From positions 1 through 36,355 of IMG/VR virus record IMGVR_UViG_3300021399_000307: DNA of 36,355 bases. The stretch is one strand, 5' to 3'. This DNA comes from a virus. Each line of letters opens with the position of its first letter. Positions within the stretch are counted from its first letter, which is position 1. The notes below the pieces were generated by a model. That model was not told the DNA's origin. It did no database searches and saw only the letters and a list, made by a program, of their open reading frames with translations. The position numbers and the translations under genes are program-made. Shown here in pieces: positions 1 to 6,046 of this stretch.

Positions 1-839
1 TCATATACTTTTTCATCTTTTTCATCCCATTCTGCGGACTTCTGCTCTTTCTGCTTTTCACAGCTATAAAGTTCAAAGATAATTTTCTTAAACTCATCCC
101 AAGTTAGTTTTGCATATCTCTTTCCATTTTCAACCTTAGCGTGAGATGCAAATTGGACTTGGATTGCTGAAAGCAAATGTTCATTATCAAGAACTTGATG
201 ATTTGCTCCAAGATGGTATCCATAACATACAGCGGTTTGCATCAAATCCCAAGTAGGCTCGGAATTATACTCCTTTACACCATCAACGTAGTCTTGTGCA
301 ATTTCATCTAAATCCTTATCTTTGTCTTGCGGAAAAGTCAAATCCCGTCCAAGAGTTTTTTCCGGAGCATCAGAATTATTCTGGTGCTCTTTCTGCTTTT
401 CCGAAGGGATTTCGCACCATTTAGAAATACCATTATGGCAACGATAGTCCTCATCATCATACACACTAACATCCCAACCCTCACCATCATACCTCGCAAG
501 TAAGGTGTTACCTAATTTATCCTTTGCAAGAACCTCCCTTCCGTTATCGGGTAAAGAATTGGCCGTTTTGTGCCACCTATTCTCACATTTTGCGTCTGAC
601 GCGCAATCTGACGAAATAAAATCGGCGGATTTGGAATTCTCTTTCTGCTTTTCGAGATAGTTTAGATACTCCTTCTTATGTGGCCAGTTGGTACATTCTT
701 TAATCATATCAATCAATTCTTTCCTTATCTTCTCGTCCTCGCTCTCCTTGAGTTCAGGAGCAAGCGCTTCAAGGATTTCCATTGTCTCTTTCGGCAAACT
801 CATTTGCCGTATCTTTTTGATTGCTTCTGTTCTTCCCAT
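1..839 (-). CDS. modular accessory protein, 5' part (DUF551-like segment, EKQKE linkers); runs off the left edge
   Basis: Own minus-strand translation: ATG at 839 lies one nt after the upstream stop (841-843) and the frame is open to nt 1. It is absent from the ORF track because no stop lies inside the window. In the circular form it continues in frame at 36228. Confidence 0.6.
   Translation of the reverse strand, partial: MGRTEAIKKIRQMSLPKETMEILEALAPELKESEDEKIRKELIDMIKECTNWPHKKEYLNYLEKQKENSKSADFISSDCASDAKCENRWHKTANSLPDNGREVLAKDKLGNTLLARYDGEGWDVSVYDDEDYRCHNGISKWCEIPSEKQKEHQNNSDAPEKTLGRDLTFPQDKDKDLDEIAQDYVDGVKEYNSEPTWDLMQTAVCYGYHLGANHQVLDNEHLLSAIQVQFASHAKVENGKRYAKLTWDEFKKIIFELYSCEKQKEQKSAEWDEKDEKVY
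94..220. repeat. 127-nt exact copy of the window's right end (36229..36355)
   Basis: Identical in a base-by-base comparison. There is a mismatch immediately outside (93 c vs 36228 a). The flanks 31-93 vs 36173-36228 are only about 85 percent similar, with a 6-nt indel. Confidence 0.95.
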
Positions 840-840
840 A

Positions 841-1128
841 TCAAAACAGTCTTCCGGTTTGTTCATCAAGCGGTGCGGGGATGGTGGCCAGCACGTCCTC
901 GTTGGCGGTGAGGAAGGTGGCGCGCTCCTTCGTGATCGGGTCTAAAGCTGTCTTCACGATACGGACGAGGCCAAGGTCACGCAGCTCTGCAACTCTGCGG
1001 CAGATGGTAGCGCGCTCGATGCCCAGGCACCGGGCGATCTGCATCCGGGTGTAACCCTCCGGATTCGGGGAGCGGAGAAGGTTCAGGACCCTCTTCTGCT
1101 GGGAAAGGATGGTTTTCTGTGGTAACAT
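841..1128 (-). CDS. winged-helix DNA-binding protein (MarR/ArsR-like)
   Basis: Track ORF of 95 aa. YTRMQIARCLGIERATICRRVAELRDLGLV reads as an HTH plus wing. The gene is tightly packed between its neighbours. Confidence 0.55.
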   Translation of the reverse strand: MLPQKTILSQQKRVLNLLRSPNPEGYTRMQIARCLGIERATICRRVAELRDLGLVRIVKTALDPITKERATFLTANEDVLATIPAPLDEQTGRLF

Positions 1129-1131
1129 GTC

Positions 1132-1521
1132 CTATTGGTTTTTGTTGAGTCGTTCGAAGGTGTATCCTCTATAGTCTTTCCCTTGTCGAAGGGCGATGCC
1201 GACGGTGGAGTGGGAGCAGCCGAGGATCTTGGCCGCAACGGAGATGCTCTCGCATTCGGTTCTCTTTTTGCCGCGGATGATAGCCACTGGGATGGTCCAG
1301 GAATCCTTGGCTTTCTTGCACCTGGCGGCGGCGAGTTCTCTGCGTAGGCATCCGCAGGACTGTGTCTGCCCGGAACGGAGGGAGAGTGCTCGGGTGACGA
1401 AGACGGTCCCGCAGTCGCAGCGGCATTTCCACATTGTGTTGCCGTGTTCGTCGTAGTCGGCGAACTCGAGGACGGTCAGGCGCCCGAAGCGGTGGCCGGA
1501 TAGGTCTTGGAAATGTTTCAT
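1132..1521 (-). CDS. Cys-cluster / NUMOD1-like HTH DNA-binding protein
   Basis: Track ORF of 129 aa. It has FGRLTVL..WKCRCDCG..SCGC and a C-terminal ISVAAKILGCSHSTVGIALR. The ATG overlaps the methyltransferase stop (ATGA). Confidence 0.5.
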   Translation of the reverse strand: MKHFQDLSGHRFGRLTVLEFADYDEHGNTMWKCRCDCGTVFVTRALSLRSGQTQSCGCLRRELAAARCKKAKDSWTIPVAIIRGKKRTECESISVAAKILGCSHSTVGIALRQGKDYRGYTFERLNKNQ

Positions 1522-2726
1522 GCTTTTTCTATTGCTTGGAAGATTCTATACATGACTTGCGGGACGATTGCGTTGCCGTAGGCTTTAAGGGATTCAAACC
1601 GCCACCTTGTCGGAGGAATGGTAAGGTCGTCCAAAGAAAAGGGAAGCCCATCATCTCCTCGGTGAACAGGGGAGACAGTCGGAAAGCTGGCCCATCGTTC
1701 GTCGGGGCCCATTCGGTTGGAATTTCTCCAGTCACGATACGCTTGGTAATCGAGTCGTTTCTCCTCCCTTGGCTCACTGGAATCGAGGCATTCGTCGAAT
1801 CGTTGCAGGTCGGTGTCGTAAGCAGTCGCATCGCCGCAAGGTCGTTCAACTCTATCGTGTAACCCTGCTCCATCTTCCGGGCAGTCGGAGTCGGAAGCAT
1901 AAACCCCCTCTTCTCCACGTACCCGCTCGCTATTTCCTGCGCCAGCGTTCCGCTCGTCCCGGAAATTCCCTTGCTGACCATCCTCTCCGATGCAGGGTCC
2001 ATCGCAGACGGCGTCTTCAATAATCCCTTGAACCTCGGATCGTAGTTGATCTGCGACTCCAGCGAGCCGTACTTCGTCCCGTTCTTGTACCCCTTCACAC
2101 ACACACTCTCTCTCATCCGCTCCGGATCCTCTTTCGTCATCACTGCGGTGGGCGTCAGCATCATGGGCAAGGATGACGATTCGGTCTCGTCTGTGGGGCG
2201 CTCCGACAGCCGCAGCCGGAATAAGCACCGGCTGGACGGAATATCCGATACGTTCGAGGTCCGAGCAGATTCTCTCGATGGTGAAGGACTGCCGGAGCAT
2301 GTATCCGTGAACGTCGTCACCCTCGTCGAAAAGAGAGGGACTGCCTCCCATGTCAGTGAGTACCCCGCCTTCGACCATAGTGGTGAGGCCAGCAACGTTC
2401 TCACCAACGACCCAAGTAGGCCGGATTTCGTCAATAGCACGGAGCATCTGCGGCCAGAGGTAACGCTCGTCTTCTCGACCTCTCCGCTTACCTGCGTAGG
2501 AAAAAGGCTGGCAGGGGAAGCCTCCGGTGAGGACGTCAATGCGGCCTCTCCATTCCGTGAAGTCTGTCTTTGTGATGTCTTCATAACTCTTGCTTTCCGG
2601 GAACCAGTAATCCAGGACGGCGCGTCCGAACGGGTTGATCTCGCAGTGGAATGCGTTTTTCCATCCGAGCATCGCAGCGGCCACTTCAGGACCACCTATA
2701 CCAGAAAAGAGGCTCGCGTGTGTCAT
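1518..2726 (-). CDS. DNA (cytosine-5)-methyltransferase with conserved motifs distributed over two reading frames
   Basis: The 402-aa frame carries FSGIGG (motif I), GFPCQPFS (IV), ENV (VI), GAPHRRDRIVILA (VIII) and GNAIVPQV (X). Its central ~155 codons are D/E/R/G-rich. The +1 frame (track ORF 1529..2695) reads MLTPTAV, LLKTPSAMD, MLPTPTARK and LLTTPTCND, which is typical of a target-recognition region. Confidence 0.75.
   Translation of the reverse strand: MTHASLFSGIGGPEVAAAMLGWKNAFHCEINPFGRAVLDYWFPESKSYEDITKTDFTEWRGRIDVLTGGFPCQPFSYAGKRRGREDERYLWPQMLRAIDEIRPTWVVGENVAGLTTMVEGGVLTDMGGSPSLFDEGDDVHGYMLRQSFTIERICSDLERIGYSVQPVLIPAAAVGAPHRRDRIVILAHDADAHRSDDERGSGADERECVCEGVQERDEVRLAGVADQLRSEVQGIIEDAVCDGPCIGEDGQQGNFRDERNAGAGNSERVRGEEGVYASDSDCPEDGAGLHDRVERPCGDATAYDTDLQRFDECLDSSEPREEKRLDYQAYRDWRNSNRMGPDERWASFPTVSPVHRGDDGLPFSLDDLTIPPTRWRFESLKAYGNAIVPQVMYRIFQAIEKA
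1689..1712 (-). repeat. 7-nt direct repeat (GGCCCAT x2, 17 nt apart) at the second frame change of the methyltransferase
   Basis: The copies lie at 1689-1695 and 1706-1712. Each is read as TGG GCC in a different frame. Skipping 17 nt joins ..GEIPTEWA to SFPTVSPVHRGDDGLP..GNAIVPQV. Confidence 0.8.
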
Positions 2727-2881
2727 TGTTGTTTTCTCTTTGCTTTCTTGATGACAAGTTGCGCCTTGTCTGCGTGGTTAATGATTCTCCTCCATCTTTG
2801 GTTCTTGCCGCCGGCCTCGATGCGTATGGTCTGGAGGGAGATCTCGAGGTCCTTGACCTGGCGGTCGGATAGTGTCAGCAT
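2723..2881 (-). CDS. small basic protein (52 aa)
   Basis: Own translation: MLTLSDRQVKDLEISLQTIRIEAGGKNQRWRRIINHADKAQLVIKKAKRKQQ. Its TGA overlaps the methyltransferase ATG. It is below the ORF-track size cutoff. Confidence 0.4.
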   Translation of the reverse strand: MLTLSDRQVKDLEISLQTIRIEAGGKNQRWRRIINHADKAQLVIKKAKRKQQ

Positions 2882-2984
2882 TTTCGTAGTATTTCTTGTG
2901 CTTGTGCCCGCCCCCGGTCATCGGATTCCCGTCCGGCTTCACGTAGCCGTGGGAGTGGTTCTTGATTGTCGGTCTAATTTCCAT
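2778..2984 (-). CDS. hypothetical small protein, 3' end doubtful
   Basis: Track ORF; the true ATG is at 2984 (the track start at 3008 is TTG). The first ~35 codons look protein-like. The P/R/G/H-rich tail overlaps 2723..2881 in another frame. Confidence 0.25.
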   Translation of the reverse strand: MEIRPTIKNHSHGYVKPDGNPMTGGGHKHKKYYENADTIRPPGQGPRDLPPDHTHRGRRQEPKMEENH

Positions 2985-3034
2985 ATCCTGTTGTGTTAAT
3001 TGTGTCAATTCTGCCGTATTCCCTTATAATGTTG

Positions 3035-3050
3035 TCTAAAACTCGATTTT
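3035..3050 (-). promoter_or_regulatory. Box B copy (minus strand AAAATCGAGTTTTAGA)
   Basis: One of four near-identical copies (3035, 14578, 20154, 23085). It lies just downstream of the ArdC terminator hairpin and upstream of the 2984 start. Confidence 0.4.
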
Positions 3051-3061
3051 AGGGGATTAAA

Positions 3062-3086
3062 GGGGGCGGGCGGTATTCCCACCCCC
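3062..3086 (-). terminator. hairpin after ardC
   Basis: gggggcggg / cccaccccc forms a 9-bp stem with one mismatch and a 7-nt loop. It lies 9 nt past the ArdC stop and is followed on the minus strand by TTTAAT. Confidence 0.4.
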
Positions 3087-3094
3087 GGAATCAT

Positions 3095-4009
3095 TTAAGC
3101 GGCCTGTACGGGCTTTTGTCCGAGGATATACCGGGCGGCTTTCTCGGCCCGGCCAGCGGCCCAGACAATCATCTTGGGGTCGTTTTTCAATTCCTTGAGC
3201 CAGCCCTGTATGTAGGCCACCGAATTGCGGAAGGCTTTGGCGGAATCAATCCCGGAGTTTGAGCAGAGCATCGCCGCGCCCATCTCGGCCACAAGTTCCT
3301 CGCGGGAGTACTCGGGGTTGCCGAAGAATGACCGCTTATTGTCAGCCACCCGGTTGCAGCGGGATTTCTTCATCGTGGAGTGGACAAGTTCGTGGAAGGT
3401 CGTGGAGTAGTACTCGGCGGCGATGTCGTACTGCCCCAGCATCGGAACGACCACCTTGTCCTTGGCGGGGGAGTAGTAGGCTTCCACGGATGGCTTGTCA
3501 TTGAAGAATTTGAGGTCGGCTTCGCGGGTCAAGTAGCCGAGGATGGTGGCTTCTGCTTCGGTAATCGGGTCAAGGGTCTTGACTTCCTGCTCCCGGGTCT
3601 TGACTTTCTGCTCCCGGGTCTTGACTTTGGATTCAATCCCTTCCGTCTGATTGATGTGCCATACATTGTAGTAGCGCAGCAGGGGGTAGGATTTGAGTAC
3701 TTCTTCGCCCGTCTCCGGGTCTTTCTCCTTGTACTGGGTCTGCTTGAAGAAAACCACCATCCGGGCCTTCTCGCCCTTCTTGATGTGGCCCTTCCGCTCT
3801 TGGATTTGGTTGAAGGTAAGGTACTCGCCCGGCTCGCCGAGCAGCCACTGATTCAGCACCGAGTACGCCCGGCGTGTGGTGTAGGAAATGGCGCAGTCCT
3901 CGCCGTCGGAGAGGGTGTTGAAGTGCCACGGCTTCTGCCACGGAATGATGCCCTTGTTCAGCATTTCACAGATGCGGTCGGTGACCATTTGATAAACGTT
4001 GTTATTCAT
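3095..4009 (-). CDS. ardC: ArdC-family antirestriction protein (N-terminal ssDNA-binding domain plus HExxH metalloprotease domain)
   Basis: Track ORF of 304 aa. It has IPWQKPW and YNVWHINQTEG (DUF1738-type N-domain) and FHELVHST in the C-terminal zincin domain. Confidence 0.85.
   Translation of the reverse strand: MNNNVYQMVTDRICEMLNKGIIPWQKPWHFNTLSDGEDCAISYTTRRAYSVLNQWLLGEPGEYLTFNQIQERKGHIKKGEKARMVVFFKQTQYKEKDPETGEEVLKSYPLLRYYNVWHINQTEGIESKVKTREQKVKTREQEVKTLDPITEAEATILGYLTREADLKFFNDKPSVEAYYSPAKDKVVVPMLGQYDIAAEYYSTTFHELVHSTMKKSRCNRVADNKRSFFGNPEYSREELVAEMGAAMLCSNSGIDSAKAFRNSVAYIQGWLKELKNDPKMIVWAAGRAEKAARYILGQKPVQAA
3574..3630. repeat. 21-nt tandem repeat, about 2.7 copies, inside ardC
   Basis: gggtcttgactt[c/t]ctgctccc occurs at 3574-3594 and 3595-3615, with a partial copy at 3616-3630. 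It encodes KVKTREQ KVKTREQ EVKT in the inter-domain linker. Confidence 0.9.
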
Positions 4010-4035
4010 AAGGTATGAGTGTTAAGGGTTAATTA
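4007..4035 (-). promoter_or_regulatory. conserved intercistronic element (copy 1 of 4)
   Basis: The minus strand reads TAATTAACCCTTAACACTCATACCTTATG. Near-identical strings precede the ATGs at 11129, 30702 and 31997. Confidence 0.5.
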
Positions 4036-4329
4036 TTAAAATTCTGCAAGTTCCGGGTGGAAGGAATCAAAGGGGACACCGAGGATTTCCAGCATATTCC
4101 AAAGGGCGGTGCGGAGGTGGCGTACATTGTCGGCGTGTTCACGGGCTTTCAGTTCCTCTCCCTGTGCTTGTTTCAGCAAGTTCTCGGCCTGTTCCGGGTG
4201 TTCCTTGCCGACCTCAAAAGCCTTGTTCCAAAGTTGGCGTTCCATCTCGGAGTGGATGTTTTCAAGTTTGATTTCCGCAAGGAGGTTTCCTTTGATTGCG
4301 ATTGCGATGTTTTTGTAATTCGTATCCAT
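4036..4329 (-). CDS. hypothetical protein (97 aa), first gene of the ArdC cassette
   Basis: Track ORF trimmed to MDTNYKNIAIAIK (ATG at 4329). The longer track start would lie inside the promoter. Confidence 0.55.
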   Translation of the reverse strand: MDTNYKNIAIAIKGNLLAEIKLENIHSEMERQLWNKAFEVGKEHPEQAENLLKQAQGEELKAREHADNVRHLRTALWNMLEILGVPFDSFHPELAEF

Positions 4330-4362
4330 TTTGTTTTGTGTTTTGTTGTTTGTTTTCGTATG

Positions 4363-4393
4363 CAAATATATAACCATTTTTTGAATATGCAAA
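4363..4393 (-). promoter_or_regulatory. Bacteroidota-type sigma-A promoter (TTTG-N19-TATATTTG)
   Basis: On the minus strand TATATTTG is at 4370-4363 and TTTG at 4393-4390, with an exact 19-nt spacer. The -7 box ends 33 nt upstream of the ATG at 4329. Confidence 0.65.
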
Positions 4394-4471
4394 ATATTTT
4401 CAGAAAAATCTGCAATTTATTCAAAGTTACTTCGCGGAATACGAAAAATCCTTGAATTATGCAATAGAAAT

Positions 4472-4564
4472 AGCCCGCAACCTCGCGGCTACGGGCTTCC
4501 CCTTTAGGCCCTTCCGGGCCGGCCTTATAACATATTGTAAGGCTGATTAATTGGCTCAGCCTTA
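4472..4564 (-). terminator. terminator region of the late operon (three hairpins)
   Basis: Three hairpins downstream of the 4659 stop: agcccg/cgggct (4472-4497, followed on the minus strand by ATTTCTATT), ggccc-ttcc-gggcc (4507-4520), and taaggctga/tcagcctta with a 9-bp stem (4538-4564). Confidence 0.45.
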
Positions 4565-4658
4565 TGAAGCCTCTGCGCATCTCCTACCGAGGTAGAAGCC
4601 AAATCGAAAAATCTTTTCCAAGTCTGGTTAATCAAAGGTACGAAACTTCTTTGAATAA

Positions 4659-5177
4659 TCAAAGATTCACCCTCAATCCTACGACAATTCCGACACCGGG
4701 GGTCACGTTGTCCATCCCGGGTTGCCAAAAGACACCCGGCCCGGCACTCACGCCCCAGCCTATCCGCTTCCATCTTTGGGGAGAAGGGACGGGGACTTGC
4801 TGTTGGATGGTTATTGTCTTGGGGAAAACTTCGACCCAATCTAAACAGGGTTCAATCCCCGACACTTGGGCCTTGTAATCTTCTCCTTCATAGCCCTTTA
4901 CCTCCCGCTCCATCGCCACATACAGGGTGTCTTTCAAACGGAGGGTATCGGTCACCTTAACCAACTGCACCCGGTCAACATACTTGGTCACAAAAACGGG
5001 CTTTTCAAGGCGGATTGTGTCGCGCCTAATAACTACTACCGAATCGGTCTTTGTGGCCGCAGAAACGAGTTTTAGAGCGTGTTTTCGGCCAAAGACGAAA
5101 CCAAGCGCAGCAAAGGATAACATAGCCACGCCTACCCCAACCCCGAACAGCCACGATGTCACTCTATCGTTATCCAT
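4659..5177 (-). CDS. N-terminally membrane-anchored protein, last gene of the lysis cluster
   Basis: Track ORF trimmed to MDNDRVTSWLFGVGVGVAMLSFAALGFVFG (ATG at 5177). It has one TM helix followed by a beta-rich domain. Confidence 0.55.
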   Translation of the reverse strand: MDNDRVTSWLFGVGVGVAMLSFAALGFVFGRKHALKLVSAATKTDSVVVIRRDTIRLEKPVFVTKYVDRVQLVKVTDTLRLKDTLYVAMEREVKGYEGEDYKAQVSGIEPCLDWVEVFPKTITIQQQVPVPSPQRWKRIGWGVSAGPGVFWQPGMDNVTPGVGIVVGLRVNL

Positions 5178-5635
5178 ATCTCCTCCTTTCTCTGATAGGC
5201 TGGCCAAATGTAAAACCGCATCAAATCCTCCCACGCCAGCACCGAATCGAATATCCGACCCCTCAGACCACTATGCAGCATACCCGGCAAGATGCAACCA
5301 GCAGTGTCCTCCGGGCGATTGCCGGGGTGTATCATTACCCCGCTGAATCCCGGAACATCACACAGGTACGGGAACTTCCCACCATACGGCTTGGCATACC
5401 ACTTGTCCTTGAACTTCGGAGACACCCGCAACTGGATGCGATATGTCCCCTTCGGTATTGCCGTCTTACCCTTAATCTTGATGCGCTCTATCTGAGGTAA
5501 TGCCATCTCTTGGTGCAAACCCCTGTCCTCCGGCTCTAACGACCAGCACAAGAATCCACCCTCATCGGTACGCAGCCGGCCGTGGGTAAACCCCGCCCCG
5601 CTCTCGTAGGGGTTGCGTGTCAGTACTATCCTCAT
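5159..5635 (-). CDS. DUF5675-like protein with an H-x-G-N...G-C motif (possible cell-wall hydrolase)
   Basis: Track ORF of 158 aa. It has GVMIHPGNRPEDTAGCILPG and sits between two membrane proteins. ATGA overlap with the upstream gene. Confidence 0.5.
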   Translation of the reverse strand: MRIVLTRNPYESGAGFTHGRLRTDEGGFLCWSLEPEDRGLHQEMALPQIERIKIKGKTAIPKGTYRIQLRVSPKFKDKWYAKPYGGKFPYLCDVPGFSGVMIHPGNRPEDTAGCILPGMLHSGLRGRIFDSVLAWEDLMRFYIWPAYQRKEEIWITIE

Positions 5636-5928
5636 ACCTTTGCCAGCAAGTTCTTGACCTGCCCCCGCAGCTCGTTAATGTCCTCCGTGTTCCGCTCAAT
5701 CTGCGCCTTCAACTTCTCGTTCTCCAACTTCAAATCCAAGTTCTCGCTCCGCAGTTCATCAATCTTCTTCTCAAGGTCGGCGTTCCGGGTGCGGGTCTCG
5801 TTGTAGAGACTCTGCCATTCCTCGTTGCTGGCCTTCTTGTCCTCTCGGCGTTGCACTCGCCAAGTGGCAAGCCAGCCACCCCCGAAGATGACCGCAAGCG
5901 CGGAAGTAATTATCGTTGTCCAATCCAT
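5632..5928 (-). CDS. TM plus coiled-coil protein (holin/spanin-like)
   Basis: Track ORF of 98 aa. It has an N-terminal TM (TIITSALAVIFGGGWLATW) followed by a heptad-rich LEKKIDELRSENLDLKLENEKLKAQ. Confidence 0.55.
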   Translation of the reverse strand: MDWTTIITSALAVIFGGGWLATWRVQRREDKKASNEEWQSLYNETRTRNADLEKKIDELRSENLDLKLENEKLKAQIERNTEDINELRGQVKNLLAKV

Positions 5929-5978
5929 ATTTTTTGTATCTTTGTGTATCGCATTTTCCCCGGTAGCTCCGGATGGCT

Positions 5979-5999
5979 GGGTGGCTCACAAGGCCACCC
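5979..5999 (+). terminator. hairpin with its T-tract on the plus strand
   Basis: gggtggc-tcacaag-gccaccc is followed by ttatttttt on the plus strand. On the minus strand the A-tract precedes the hairpin instead. Confidence 0.35.
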
Positions 6000-6046
6000 T
6001 TATTTTTTGCCCCAAAGTGTCCGCGTTAGGGGTTAAAGTGTGATGG

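Noticed and set aside
31-220. The divergent/identical repeat pair as the template and variable regions of a diversity-generating retroelement.
   Set aside because: There is no reverse transcriptase in the window. The mismatches are not adenine-specific (a/g, t/a, c/t, c/a plus a 6-nt indel), and the differences include whole-module gain or loss.
1529-2695. Both methyltransferase frames staying open for about 1.17 kb as evidence for a selected overlapping gene. This includes a frame-2 stretch (LLASPLWSKAGYSLTWEAV..RCLFRLRLSERPTDETESS) that superficially looks protein-like.
   Set aside because: Stop-free alternative frames are common throughout this window, and even the antisense frame is open here. 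That stretch overlaps bona fide motifs VI-VIII in the other frame. Only the central TP[TS]A region of frame 2 is convincing.
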